Assembly (NCBI GenBank): GCA_949289005.1
Contig: CASEMQ010000034.1
Coordinates: forward strand, 59,964 to 123,963
DNA: 64,000 bases
Direction: 5' to 3'
Origin: an uncultured Lentisphaeraceae bacterium
GTDB lineage: Bacteria > Verrucomicrobiota > Kiritimatiellia > RFP12 > DVOR01
A model generated the notes under the pieces. The model had not been told where the DNA came from. It ran no database searches and saw nothing but the letters and a program-made list of their open reading frames with translations. Below are positions 39,700 through 49,297 of this stretch, piece by piece; position 1 is the stretch's first letter; every line of letters starts with the position of its first letter. The translations under genes and the position numbers were made by a program.

Positions 39700-41787
39700 A
39701 TGCCTGCCGCGCGCACACGACTTCTCGACGATCCATGGTTGGCACCCTACGCCGATGTGATTGAGCGGCGTGCGGCGCGTGCGCGCGACACGGCCGCGCG
39801 CCTGACCGGCGGCGCGGCGAACGCCGCGGCATTGGCGGACTTCGCCAGCGCCCACGAGTTCTACGGGCTCCATTGCACCGACGAGGGGTGGGTTTTCCGC
39901 GAGTGGGCCCCCAACGCCACGGAGATTTGGCTGGTGGGGGACTTCAACGGCTGGGAGCGCTCGTTGGCCTATCGTGCCGTGCGGCTGCCCGGCCGCGACG
40001 TCTTTGAGTGGAAGGGACCGCCCGAGGCCATGCGCCACGGGCAATTCTTCCATCTGGAGGTCTGTTGGGACGGCGGCCGCGGCGAGCGCATCCCCGCCTA
40101 TGCGCGGCGCGTGGTGCAAGATCCCAAGACAGGCCTCTTCGCCGCGCAGGTCTGGGCGCCCGAGCCCTACGTGTGGCGCAACGCCTTCACGCGCGACCCC
40201 GGCCGGGCACCGCTCATTTACGAGGCTCACGTGGGCATGGCGCAGGAGCGCGAGGGCGTCGGCACCTACGCGGAGTTCACGAAAAACATCCTGCCGCGTA
40301 TCAAGAAGGCCGGTTACAACACGCTCCAGCTGATGGGCATCATGGAGCATCCCTATTACGGCAGCTTTGGCTACCACGTCTCCAGTTTCTTCGCGGCCAG
40401 CTCACGTTTCGGCACGCCCGAGGAGCTCAAGGCGTTGGTCGATGCGGCGCATGGCATGGGGCTGGCCGTCATCATGGACATTGTCCACTCGCACGCCGTC
40501 AAAAACGAGCGCGACGGCCTCTCCCTCTTCGACGGCACGCCGTATCAATATTTTCATGACGGCTCGCGCGGTTGGCACGATGCCTGGGACTCGCGCTGCT
40601 TCGACTATGGCAAGACCGACGTCCTCCACTTCCTCCTCTCCAATTGCCGGTTCTGGCTCGACGAGTATCGCTTCGACGGCTTCCGCTTCGATGGCGTGAC
40701 CTCCATGCTTTACCTCCACCACGGCCTGGGCGTGGATTTTTCCAACTACGGGATGTACTTCGACAGCTCGGTGGACGAGGATGCCTACACTTACCTGACC
40801 TTGGCGAACGGCGTCATCCACACCGTCCGCCCCGATGCACTCACCGTCGCCGAGGATGTCAGCGGCATGCCCGGCATCGGCGCGCCGGTCGCCGAGTGCG
40901 GCGTGGGCTTCGATTACCGCATGGCGATGGGCGTGCCTGAGTGTTGGTTCAAGTTGGTGCGCGATGTGCGCGACGAGGATTGGTCGGTCGGCTTCCTCTG
41001 GCACGAGCTGACGAACCGCCGCGCCGACGAGCGCACCGTCGGCTACGTGGAATCGCACGACCAGGCGTTGGTCGGCGGCAAGTCCTTCATCTTCCAGATG
41101 ATTGACAAAGAGATGTACACCGCCATGCACGTGGGCTCGAACAACCTCTACGTCAATCGCGGTATTGCGCTGCACAAGATGGCCCGTTTGGCGACGTTGG
41201 GGTGCGGGTGCGCCTATCTCAACTTCATGGGCAACGAGTTCGGCCACCCCGAGTGGATCGACTTCCCACGCGAGGGCAACAACAACAGCTATCACTATGC
41301 CCGCCGCCAATGGTCGCTCCGCGATGACCCCAAACTCTACTTCAAGGCGCTCGGCGACTTTGACGAGGCCATGGTCACCCTCATCCGGGATGCCGGCGTC
41401 CTCGACGGCGAGGATTGCCCCAAGCGCATCTTTGCCAGCGACGACGACAAAATCCTCGCCTTCATGCGCGGCGACCTTCTCTTCGTCTTCAACTTCCACG
41501 GCGAACACTCCTTCTCCGATTATCCCCTCATTGTCCCGCCGGGCGACTATCGGCAGACGCTCGACACCGATGCCGTCGCCTTCGGAGGCTTCGGCCGTGT
41601 CGTGGCGGATCAAGACTACCCGCTCACCACCATCACGCGCGCCAAGGAAGTCTGCTTCGCCATCCACGTCTATCTTCCCGCGCGCACCGCGCTTGTCATC
41701 CGCCGCACGCCCCCCGCGCCCGGCGCCACACTCCCGGCCGAGACGCTTCACGCGCTCGCCACCCAACAAAAGGAGCACACCCCCTGA
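39700..41787 (+). CDS. glgB: 1,4-alpha-glucan branching enzyme (GH13)
   Basis: GH13 catalytic regions (FRFDGV, GNEFGHPEW) and full-length GlgB similarity. Confidence 0.9.
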   Translation: MPAARTRLLDDPWLAPYADVIERRAARARDTAARLTGGAANAAALADFASAHEFYGLHCTDEGWVFREWAPNATEIWLVGDFNGWERSLAYRAVRLPGRDVFEWKGPPEAMRHGQFFHLEVCWDGGRGERIPAYARRVVQDPKTGLFAAQVWAPEPYVWRNAFTRDPGRAPLIYEAHVGMAQEREGVGTYAEFTKNILPRIKKAGYNTLQLMGIMEHPYYGSFGYHVSSFFAASSRFGTPEELKALVDAAHGMGLAVIMDIVHSHAVKNERDGLSLFDGTPYQYFHDGSRGWHDAWDSRCFDYGKTDVLHFLLSNCRFWLDEYRFDGFRFDGVTSMLYLHHGLGVDFSNYGMYFDSSVDEDAYTYLTLANGVIHTVRPDALTVAEDVSGMPGIGAPVAECGVGFDYRMAMGVPECWFKLVRDVRDEDWSVGFLWHELTNRRADERTVGYVESHDQALVGGKSFIFQMIDKEMYTAMHVGSNNLYVNRGIALHKMARLATLGCGCAYLNFMGNEFGHPEWIDFPREGNNNSYHYARRQWSLRDDPKLYFKALGDFDEAMVTLIRDAGVLDGEDCPKRIFASDDDKILAFMRGDLLFVFNFHGEHSFSDYPLIVPPGDYRQTLDTDAVAFGGFGRVVADQDYPLTTITRAKEVCFAIHVYLPARTALVIRRTPPAPGATLPAETLHALATQQKEHTP

Positions 41788-41823
41788 CCTGCGGGGGCAA
41801 CGAACACCAAAGGAGAGCGCAGC

Positions 41824-42510
41824 ATGGTAACGGCCATCATTCTCGCATCGGGCAAGGGCACGCGCATGGGCGCGGGGCTCGACAAGTGTTTCCTCTCGCT
41901 CGGCCCGCGCCCGGTGGTGGCTTGGTCGCTCCTCGCCTTCGAGAAATGCAAGGAGGTCGACCGTATCATCCTCACCGTGCGCAAAGACCAGATGGTGGCC
42001 GCGCGCGGGTTGCAGACGATGTTCGGCATCAGCAAACTCGAGAAAATCGTCCTGGGCGGGGCCCGCCGCCAAGACTCCGTCGCCGCCGCGCTCAAGGAAA
42101 TCGAGCCCGTGGGCACGCGCTATGTCGTTGTCCACGACGCCGCCCGCCCCTGCATCACCCCCGATCTTATCCGCGAGACGCTCAAATACGCCAAGCGTTT
42201 CGGGAGTGGCGTGGCCGCCCATCCCGTCTCAGACACCATCAAGGTCGCCGGCAAAGGCATGGTCGTCGAACGCACGCTCGACCGCTCCACCCTTTGGGCC
42301 GTGCAGACCCCTCAGGCTTTTGCGGCCGACAAGTTCCTTGCCGCCTATGAACGCTTCGGCGGCGCCAAGGACACCACCTTCACGGACGACGCTTCCATCA
42401 TGGAAGCAGCCGGCGAGACCATCCGCCTTGTGAAGTGGGAGGCCCCCAACCTCAAAATCACCACACCTATCGACCTGACCCTTGCCGCCGCCATCCTGCG
42501 CCTCAACTGA
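41824..42510 (+). CDS. ispD: 2-C-methyl-D-erythritol 4-phosphate cytidylyltransferase
   Basis: IspD motifs ILASGKGTRMG, VHDAARP; 228 aa. Confidence 0.85.
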   Translation: MVTAIILASGKGTRMGAGLDKCFLSLGPRPVVAWSLLAFEKCKEVDRIILTVRKDQMVAARGLQTMFGISKLEKIVLGGARRQDSVAAALKEIEPVGTRYVVVHDAARPCITPDLIRETLKYAKRFGSGVAAHPVSDTIKVAGKGMVVERTLDRSTLWAVQTPQAFAADKFLAAYERFGGAKDTTFTDDASIMEAAGETIRLVKWEAPNLKITTPIDLTLAAAILRLN

Positions 42511-42523
42511 AAGCCGACTCCCT

Positions 42524-43282
42524 ATGCCACGTCCCAAACGTTACGCCATCATCAGCGACATCCACGCCAACATCGAGGCCCTCGATGCCGTCCTTGCGGA
42601 CGCCAAGGCCCAGGGCGTGGATGATTACGTCTGCTTGGGCGACGTGGTGGGCTACAACGCCGCCCCCGCGGAATGCATCCATCGCATCCGCGAACTCGGC
42701 TGCAAGGTCGTCAAAGGCAACCACGACCACTACTGTTCCGACCCCACCGTCAATCTTGACGACTTCCAGCCCAATGCCGCCAGCGTCATCGAATGGACCC
42801 GCCGCAACATCGGTGAGGACGACACGCGCTGGTTGCACGAGCTCCCACTCACCGCCACCATCATGGGCTTCACCGTCGTCCACTCCACCCTCGACAGCCC
42901 CGAGCACTTCCGTTACGCCTTTGACACGCTCGACGCCGCCGATAGCTTCAACTGCCAGCGCACCCGCGTTTGTTTTCACGGCCACACTCACGTGCCCTGC
43001 ATCTTCATCCGCGCCCCCGGCGGCGACAGCAACGCCGTCGTCAAGGTCGGCCCCGCCAACGGCCTTCTCCGTCAAGGCTCTTACTTCATCAACGTCGGCT
43101 CCGTCGGTCAGCCCCGCGACGGCATCCCCAAGGCCTGCTACGTCATCTACACCGCCGAGGGCCTCACCAAACTCTCCGTCGAGTTCCGCCGCGTGGACTA
43201 CGATATCGAGGCCGCCGTCCGCCGAATCGAGGAAGCCGGCCTCCCCGCTCGCCTCATCACTCGCCTCTACACCGGGCAATGA
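42524..43282 (+). CDS. metallophosphoesterase (YfcE/MJ0936-like phosphodiesterase)
   Basis: Motifs SDIHAN, GDVVGYN, GNHD, GHTHV. Confidence 0.7.
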   Translation: MPRPKRYAIISDIHANIEALDAVLADAKAQGVDDYVCLGDVVGYNAAPAECIHRIRELGCKVVKGNHDHYCSDPTVNLDDFQPNAASVIEWTRRNIGEDDTRWLHELPLTATIMGFTVVHSTLDSPEHFRYAFDTLDAADSFNCQRTRVCFHGHTHVPCIFIRAPGGDSNAVVKVGPANGLLRQGSYFINVGSVGQPRDGIPKACYVIYTAEGLTKLSVEFRRVDYDIEAAVRRIEEAGLPARLITRLYTGQ

Positions 43283-43308
43283 CGCCGCCCCGCACCCAAA
43301 ACGTTCCC

Positions 43309-43770
43309 ATGCGCCCCCGCCGTGGCCAAGCGATGGCCGAGCTCGCCATCCTCCTCGTTGTCATTCTCATCCTCGTTTTGGGCGCCACCACCCTCGGCAA
43401 CCTCTCCCTCCAACAGCTCCGCCTTCGCCACGATGTCCGCCTCGAGGCCGGCACCGCCGCGCTCGGCCGTTCCACCGCCGGCTGGGTCGATCCCAATCCC
43501 GCCCCGGAAAACCGCTCCGACCCCGCCCACCGCGTCAACGCCTACGCCCACCTCGAAGCCTACGCCCCCGCACCCACCTCCCGCCTTCCCGCCAGCAACT
43601 ACACCCTCGCCGCCCGCGATCTCCCCGACGCCGAACTCGGCCTCGAAACCGAAACCCGCGAAAAGCGCGTTCTCCTCGAAGACGCCTTCATCGACCTCAT
43701 CTACAACAAAAACAACGTCCTTCTCCGCGAGGAAGCCACCTTCCCCGCCGCCTCCGGCCTCTGGCGCTGA
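43309..43770 (+). CDS. TadE-like N-terminal domain hypothetical membrane-anchored protein
   Basis: N-terminus RRGQAMAELAILLVVILILVLGA resembles the TadE/TadG Flp-pilus pseudopilin leader. No partner tad genes nearby. Start uncertain (ATG 43309 or 43333). Confidence 0.35.
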   Translation: MRPRRGQAMAELAILLVVILILVLGATTLGNLSLQQLRLRHDVRLEAGTAALGRSTAGWVDPNPAPENRSDPAHRVNAYAHLEAYAPAPTSRLPASNYTLAARDLPDAELGLETETREKRVLLEDAFIDLIYNKNNVLLREEATFPAASGLWR

Positions 43771-43803
43771 CCCGCCACCCCCCTTCACGAAAGGTTCGCC
43801 CCC

Positions 43804-44661
43804 ATGCTTCCCCCCAAACTCAAAGACACCGGCCTCCTCATCCCCGCCGCCATCGCCATCATCCTCATCGCCACCCTCTTCCTCTCCTGCGGCAACGTCA
43901 ACGCCGGCGAACGCGGCATCATCGTCCGTTTCGGCCGCCCCGTCCGCGTCGTCACCCCCGGCCTCTACATGAAACTCCCCTTCATCGAGACCATCACCAC
44001 CGTCAACGTCCGCACCGAGACTGTCCTCACCCGCGACATGAACGCCTCCTCCAAAGACCTCCAGGAAGTCTCCGCCTCCGTCACCACCCAGTGCCACTAC
44101 AACCCCGACAAAGTCATCGAAACCTACTCCAATTACGGCTACGCCGACTTCCAGCGCCGCATCGTCATCCCCGCCATCTATGAATCCGTCAAATCCGCCT
44201 TCTCCAAGTTCAACGCCGAGGAACTCATCACCAAGCGCGAGGAAGTCCGCACCGTCATCGACGCCTCCCTCCGCGACCTTCTCGCTTCCTACAACGTTGT
44301 CCTCGACTCCCTCCAAATCGCCGACCTCAACTTCTCCCAACGCTTCAACGACGCCATCGAAGAAAAAATGATCGCCGAGCAAGAAGCCCTCAAAGCCAAA
44401 AACGTCCTCGAACGCGTCAAAACCGAAGCCCAGCAACAACTCGAAAAAGCCAACGCCCAAGCCGAGGCCAAAGTCCTCCTCGCCAAGGCCGAGGCCGAAT
44501 CCATCCGCCTCCAGACCGAAGTCATCAAACAAAACGGTGGCGACCAATACCTCCTCCTCAAAGCCATCGAAAAATGGGACGGCCGCACCCCCACCACGCT
44601 CCTCTCCCCCAACACCCCCCTCCAACCCCTCCTTCAGATACCCAATCAATCCCAGAAATAA
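43804..44661 (+). CDS. SPFH/band-7 (prohibitin/HflC-like) membrane protein
   Basis: N-terminal TM anchor, SPFH domain (ERGIIVRFGRPVRVVTPGLYMKLPFIE) and C-terminal coiled coil. Confidence 0.8.
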   Translation: MLPPKLKDTGLLIPAAIAIILIATLFLSCGNVNAGERGIIVRFGRPVRVVTPGLYMKLPFIETITTVNVRTETVLTRDMNASSKDLQEVSASVTTQCHYNPDKVIETYSNYGYADFQRRIVIPAIYESVKSAFSKFNAEELITKREEVRTVIDASLRDLLASYNVVLDSLQIADLNFSQRFNDAIEEKMIAEQEALKAKNVLERVKTEAQQQLEKANAQAEAKVLLAKAEAESIRLQTEVIKQNGGDQYLLLKAIEKWDGRTPTTLLSPNTPLQPLLQIPNQSQK

Positions 44662-44735
44662 GGCGGATTATGCCACGGTCGCTTTTCTGTCCTGCCGGAC
44701 AGTCACGCGCTGAGACCGAGCCCTAGGAGCCGCAT

Positions 44736-47393
44736 ATGTGCAAATCCCGCCGTCTCGCCTGCTCGCTCGGCATCTTTGCCATCTGCACCCTCGCCGCCTG
44801 TGCCGCACGCCATCCCCGGGTCGCTCCCGTCGATGGCACCGCGTTGTCGGAGGCCGATGCCATCCTCGCCACCCTTACCCTTGAGGAGAAGGTCGCCCTC
44901 ACCCACGGCAATTCCACCATGTACCTTGCCGCCAACCCGGCCAAAGGCATCCCCGCCGAACTCGCCTTCTCCGACGGTACCCACACAGTCCGCCCCGAGG
45001 TTCCCCGCCAGACCTTCGGCTGGCTCCGCGACCCCAAGGACATGGCGGATTCCGCCACCGTCTTCCCCGCGCTCTCCGCCCTCGCCGCCACTTGGGACGT
45101 CGACCTTGCCCGACGCTACGGCGAGGCGCTTGGAGAGGAGGCACGCGCCCGCGGCAAGGACGTGCTTCTCGGCCCGGGCCTCAACCTCGCGCGTACGCCC
45201 CTTTGCGGCCGCAACTACGAGTATTTCGGCGAAGACCCCCTTCTTGCCGGCAAGATGGCCGCCGCCGAGATCCGCGGCATCCAGTCCCGCGACGTCGCCG
45301 CCTGCGCCAAGCACTTCGCCCTCAACAACCAGGAACTCAACCGCCACGGCGTCGATGCCTGCCCTGACATCCGCACCACCCGCGAGCTTTACCTCCCCGC
45401 CTTCGAGATGGCCGTCAAGGAAGGCGGACTCCTCGCCGTCATGGGGGCCTACAACAAGACTTGGGGCGTCCTCGCCAGCCACAACGCTTGGCTCAACCGC
45501 TCGATTCTCAAGGGCGAATGGGGCTTCCCCGGTTTCGTCGTTACCGATTGGGGCAGCCTCGGCGACACCGTCGCCGGCGCCCTCGGCGGCACCGATGTCG
45601 AGATGAACATGGGCAAATCCATCCGCTACTACCCTCGCCTCGCCGAGGCCATCCGCGCCGGCAAGATCCCCGAGGCCCGCGTGGACGACATGGCCCGTCG
45701 CGTTCTCTATGTCCAGTCCAAACTTCACCTCCTCGATGGCCGCCCCCGCCATCCCGGCTCCGTCAATACCCCCGAGCACCAAGCCCTCGCCCGCGAGGTC
45801 GGCGCCGACAGCATCGTCCTCCTCAAGAACGACGCCAACCTTCTCCCCCTCGCCCCGGACACGCTCAAAAACGTCCTTGTCGTCGGAGAGATCGCCACCA
45901 AGACCGACTGTTGGGAGGGATCGAGCGCCATGGGTAAGGCCCCCTATGAGATCCCGATCCTCGCCGGGCTTCGCGAGGCTCTCCCCGCCGCCCAAATTCA
46001 CTACCGGCCTTGGCCCACACCCCCCACCGACGTCACCGCCATTCCCGATGCCTGCCTCCTCACCGAGAACCCCACCCGGAACGCCGACCGCGGCATCCTT
46101 GAGCGCGGTTGGCTCTGGGAGCGCTTCCCCAACGAACGCCTCGAAGGCACGCCCGGCAACAGCGGCTTCACCCGCACCCCCGGCCTTCACCCCGACGAGC
46201 GCGGCACCCACTTCTCCCTCCGCTTCCGCACCCGGCTCAAAGCCCCCGAGACCGGCGACTACCGCTTCGCGCTCACCTGCGACGACGGCGCCCGCCTTCT
46301 CATCGACGGCAAAACCGTCCTCGAAGACTGGGCGGATGGCCGAGCCCGCACCCGTGCCGTCACCGTGCACCTCCGTGCCGGACAAATCTATGCCCTCACC
46401 GTTGAATATCGCCAAGGCACCGGCGCCGCCGCACTCGCATTCGGCTGGCGCCTCCCCTCCGAATCGAGCGTCGACTACACCGCCCTCCGTGCCCAGGCCC
46501 AACGTGCCGATGCCGTCCTTCTCGTCACCGGCAACCGCAAAGGCTGGGGCCCCGCCCGCGAGTGTGAATCCGGCGATCGCCCCGACATGCGCCTTCTCCC
46601 TCGCGACGACGCCGGCCTCGATGCCCTTCTCGGCGTCAACCCCCGCACCGTCGTCCTTGTCCAGGCCGGCACCCCCGTTGAGATGCCCTGGCTCGACCGT
46701 GCGCCCACGCTCCTTCTCTTCTCCTTCCTTGGCCAAGAGACAGGCCACTCCGTCGCCGATGTCCTCCTCGGCAAGCGCGAGCCCGCCGGCCGTCTCTGCC
46801 AAACCTGGCCCAAACGCCTCCAAGACTCTCCCGCCCACGCCCTCGGCGATTACGGCCCCGCCCGGGCCCTCCACAAAGAGGGCCTTCTCCTCGGCTACCG
46901 TTGGTTCGATGCCAAGGGCATCGCCCCCGCCTTCCCCTTCGGTCACGGGCTCGGCTACGCCACCTTCGCCTACGGCACCCCCGCCCTTGAGACCGATGGC
47001 GAGGCCGTCACCCTCCGCGTCCCCGTTACCAACATCTCCCAACGCCCCGGTGCCACCGTCCTCCAGCTTTACGTCGAGCCCCCCAAAGCGAGCGCCGTCC
47101 CCCGCGCGCCCCGCCAGCTCGCCGCCTTCGCCAAACTCCGCCTCGCCCCCGGCGAGACGCGTGAGGCCATCCTCGCCTTCGGCCCCCGCGCCCTTGCTTG
47201 GTGGGACGCGACGCTCCCCGGATGGCGGCACGAGGCCGGCACCTTCACCCTCGCCCTCGGCACCTCTTCCCGCGACTTCATCGCCCGCCTTCCCCTCCCG
47301 CGCGACGCTTGGGAGGTCTACATTCCCGCCGTCCCTGTCCCGGATGCCACCCCCGCATCCCTTCGTCAACTCCCCGGGGAGCCACAGAAGTAA
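44736..47393 (+). CDS. glycoside hydrolase family 3 beta-glucosidase/xylosidase lipoprotein with PA14 insertion
   Basis: Lipobox LAAC. GH3 motifs (KHFALNNQE, GFVVTDW). PA14 domain (GDYRFALTCDDGARLLIDG); 885 aa. Confidence 0.85.
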   Translation: MCKSRRLACSLGIFAICTLAACAARHPRVAPVDGTALSEADAILATLTLEEKVALTHGNSTMYLAANPAKGIPAELAFSDGTHTVRPEVPRQTFGWLRDPKDMADSATVFPALSALAATWDVDLARRYGEALGEEARARGKDVLLGPGLNLARTPLCGRNYEYFGEDPLLAGKMAAAEIRGIQSRDVAACAKHFALNNQELNRHGVDACPDIRTTRELYLPAFEMAVKEGGLLAVMGAYNKTWGVLASHNAWLNRSILKGEWGFPGFVVTDWGSLGDTVAGALGGTDVEMNMGKSIRYYPRLAEAIRAGKIPEARVDDMARRVLYVQSKLHLLDGRPRHPGSVNTPEHQALAREVGADSIVLLKNDANLLPLAPDTLKNVLVVGEIATKTDCWEGSSAMGKAPYEIPILAGLREALPAAQIHYRPWPTPPTDVTAIPDACLLTENPTRNADRGILERGWLWERFPNERLEGTPGNSGFTRTPGLHPDERGTHFSLRFRTRLKAPETGDYRFALTCDDGARLLIDGKTVLEDWADGRARTRAVTVHLRAGQIYALTVEYRQGTGAAALAFGWRLPSESSVDYTALRAQAQRADAVLLVTGNRKGWGPARECESGDRPDMRLLPRDDAGLDALLGVNPRTVVLVQAGTPVEMPWLDRAPTLLLFSFLGQETGHSVADVLLGKREPAGRLCQTWPKRLQDSPAHALGDYGPARALHKEGLLLGYRWFDAKGIAPAFPFGHGLGYATFAYGTPALETDGEAVTLRVPVTNISQRPGATVLQLYVEPPKASAVPRAPRQLAAFAKLRLAPGETREAILAFGPRALAWWDATLPGWRHEAGTFTLALGTSSRDFIARLPLPRDAWEVYIPAVPVPDATPASLRQLPGEPQK

Positions 47394-47402
47394 GGAGCGC
47401 CC

Positions 47403-48638
47403 ATGCCACAGCCATCGTTCGATGTCGTTTTTCACCTCATTGGCGGGCAGGCGCTGCCCAACGCCTTCGCCATCCACGCCATCCCAGCCGAGCATCACAT
47501 CCTCTTCGTTACCGACAAAACCGAAGGGATCGCCAAGCGTCTCCAAAACGCCTTCGCCGACAAACGGTTGGAAGCGATCCCCGTGGAGCCCTACAACATC
47601 CCCGGCCTCCAAGCCATCTTCACGGAGCAACTCCACCGCTTCGCGGGGCAACGCATGGCCGCCAACATCACCGGCGCCACCAAGCCCATGGCCCTCATGT
47701 TGGCGCACGTCGCGGCACAGATCGGGCGAATTCCCCTCTACTATATGGAGACCTCGCCCGACCCGCTAAAAATCGAAATCTGGCCCAACGCGGACAAATG
47801 GACGGCCTCCACCTCCTTCCTCGAAACGGCCATCAAGACCGTTCGCGAATACATCGCCCTCCACTCCGACGCCTTGTTCGAGCCCGGGGAGAAAACCTGC
47901 TCCGCCCAGACCATCGCCTTGGCACGCACCATCGCGGCTTGCCCGTCCATCCGCAAATCCCTCTCCTTCAAACTCGGAGGTCGTAAAAACAGCCCCGGTT
48001 TTACGGATTGCCTCCCGAACGCCAAATACGACTTCTACGAAAGTCAGTTCGACGCCACGCTCGATGACTTCGACCGCGACTTGGTCAAATATACTTGGGA
48101 CACCAAGGCGCGAAACGCCTGCCGCGCCGGCATCCAAGCCATGATTGAAACCGACGGCAAAGAGGCCACGTGCCGCTTCCTAGGCGGTATCTGGCTGGAA
48201 ATCTTCGCCTTCTCCGAATTGCAAGGGCGCGACGGTTTCTTTGACGTGCAACAAAGCGCACACGTGAAGTTCAGGCAAAACGAATACGACCGGCAAGAGT
48301 TTGACGTCGCAACCTGCACCAAACACCACGTCTACATCGTGGAATGCAAAAGCGGGCGCGTGACGAGCGAGCAAATCGCCGACCTCACCGCGAACGTTAC
48401 GCAATACGCCGGCACCTTCGGGCGCGGCGTCCTCCTGACGTCAAGTGAATGCATGGGGCACACTAGCGACCGCGAAGCCTACGAAAATCTTAAGACGCGT
48501 ATCCGCGAAAGCGACAACATCATGTTGGTGGAACTGCCCAAAAAATTGCCTCCCAACTTCTTGGCCAACGCACTCCGCTCCTGGAAAGAAGGCGTCTACA
48601 CCCCGCCGGCCCAGGGCTTCCCTCCCAAGAGACGTTGA
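47403..48638 (+). CDS. CARF-domain protein fused to PD-(D/E)xK nuclease-like domain (Card1/Can2-like cyclic-oligoadenylate-activated nuclease candidate)
   Basis: N-terminal Rossmann-like strand VVFHLIGGQALPN and CARF signature NITGATKPM. C-terminal E266...D301...E314-C-K316 restriction-endonuclease-like motif. RBS AAGGAG. Sits 275 bp upstream of a CRISPR array. Confidence 0.55.
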   Translation: MPQPSFDVVFHLIGGQALPNAFAIHAIPAEHHILFVTDKTEGIAKRLQNAFADKRLEAIPVEPYNIPGLQAIFTEQLHRFAGQRMAANITGATKPMALMLAHVAAQIGRIPLYYMETSPDPLKIEIWPNADKWTASTSFLETAIKTVREYIALHSDALFEPGEKTCSAQTIALARTIAACPSIRKSLSFKLGGRKNSPGFTDCLPNAKYDFYESQFDATLDDFDRDLVKYTWDTKARNACRAGIQAMIETDGKEATCRFLGGIWLEIFAFSELQGRDGFFDVQQSAHVKFRQNEYDRQEFDVATCTKHHVYIVECKSGRVTSEQIADLTANVTQYAGTFGRGVLLTSSECMGHTSDREAYENLKTRIRESDNIMLVELPKKLPPNFLANALRSWKEGVYTPPAQGFPPKRR

Positions 48639-48672
48639 TCGCCTCCTCCCAAACACACCCTTCTTTCCCCAA

Positions 48673-48705
48673 GCGGGGCGCGCGGACGCGCGCCCCGCCT
48701 TTTTT
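48673..48705 (+). terminator. rho-independent terminator after CARF nuclease gene
   Basis: Stem GCGGGGCGCGC/GCGCGCCCCGC, then CTTTTTTG. Confidence 0.6.
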
Positions 48706-48913
48706 GTGCCCACGCGACAAAATGCGGAGGGAGCCCAAACACCTCCAAAAACCGCCTCTCCCTCCACATTTCGAAACTCGTTCGCCTACAATGTCTTGTA
48801 AATAAAATCCATTGCGATGTCCCTCCTCCCCGTCCCCAAAAATAGCCTCCAAAACCGTCTCCCTCCGCATCCGCCCAATAAAGCGTTTGACCACAACATC
48901 AAACTATGCTACA
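48706..48913 (+). other. putative CRISPR leader (AT-enriched, promoter-like TACAAT / TTGTAAATAAAAT)
   Basis: Lies between the terminator and the first repeat, on the side opposite the degenerate terminal repeat. Locally AT-rich in a GC-rich window. Confidence 0.4.
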
Positions 48914-49176
48914 GTCACACCATCGTTCAAGGCCGAAAGGCTATTGCGACAGTTCCTTGGTGAAGAAGTCCATAATGGAATCCTTTCTGTCACACCATCG
49001 TTCAAGGCCGAAAGGCTATTGCGACTGGCGATGAGTGAGATTCATCCAGCAATTGTTTCCGGTCACACCATCGTTCAAGGCCGAAAGGCTATTGCGACTA
49101 ATGAATGCCCCGATACCAACAAGGACGATTCCGAGTCCAGTCACACCATCGTTCAAGGCCGAAAGGCGCTTGCGAT
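48914..49176 (+). CRISPR. CRISPR array: 4 repeats of 37 bp (GTCACACCATCGTTCAAGGCCGAAAGGCTATTGCGAC), 3 spacers (38, 36, 41 bp), last repeat degenerate
   Basis: Three identical repeats at 48914, 48989 and 49062 plus a degenerate fourth at 49140 (GCGCTTGCGAT end). Unique AT-richer spacers. The repeat 3' end ATTGCGAC resembles the ATTGAAAC crRNA 5' handle. Confidence 0.85.
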
Positions 49177-49297
49177 GGTCACGGATGTGGCGTAGGTTGG
49201 GCGGGGGCGTTGGGGTCTTGTCCGTGGCTGTTGTGGGGTGGGGGAGTGGGCATGGGCGAGTGGCACCGGCCATGCCTGCCGATGACGGTTGCGTGGG

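Noticed and set aside
44662-44735. Terminator after the SPFH gene (hairpin CTGTCC-tgcc-GGACAG)
   Set aside because: A perfect 6-bp stem but no following T-run, so it was not called as a rho-independent terminator.
44703-47708. 1001-aa minus-strand ORF antisense to the GH3 gene
   Set aside because: Gly/Ala/Glu-rich low complexity. The GH3 sense gene has a lipobox and catalytic motifs.
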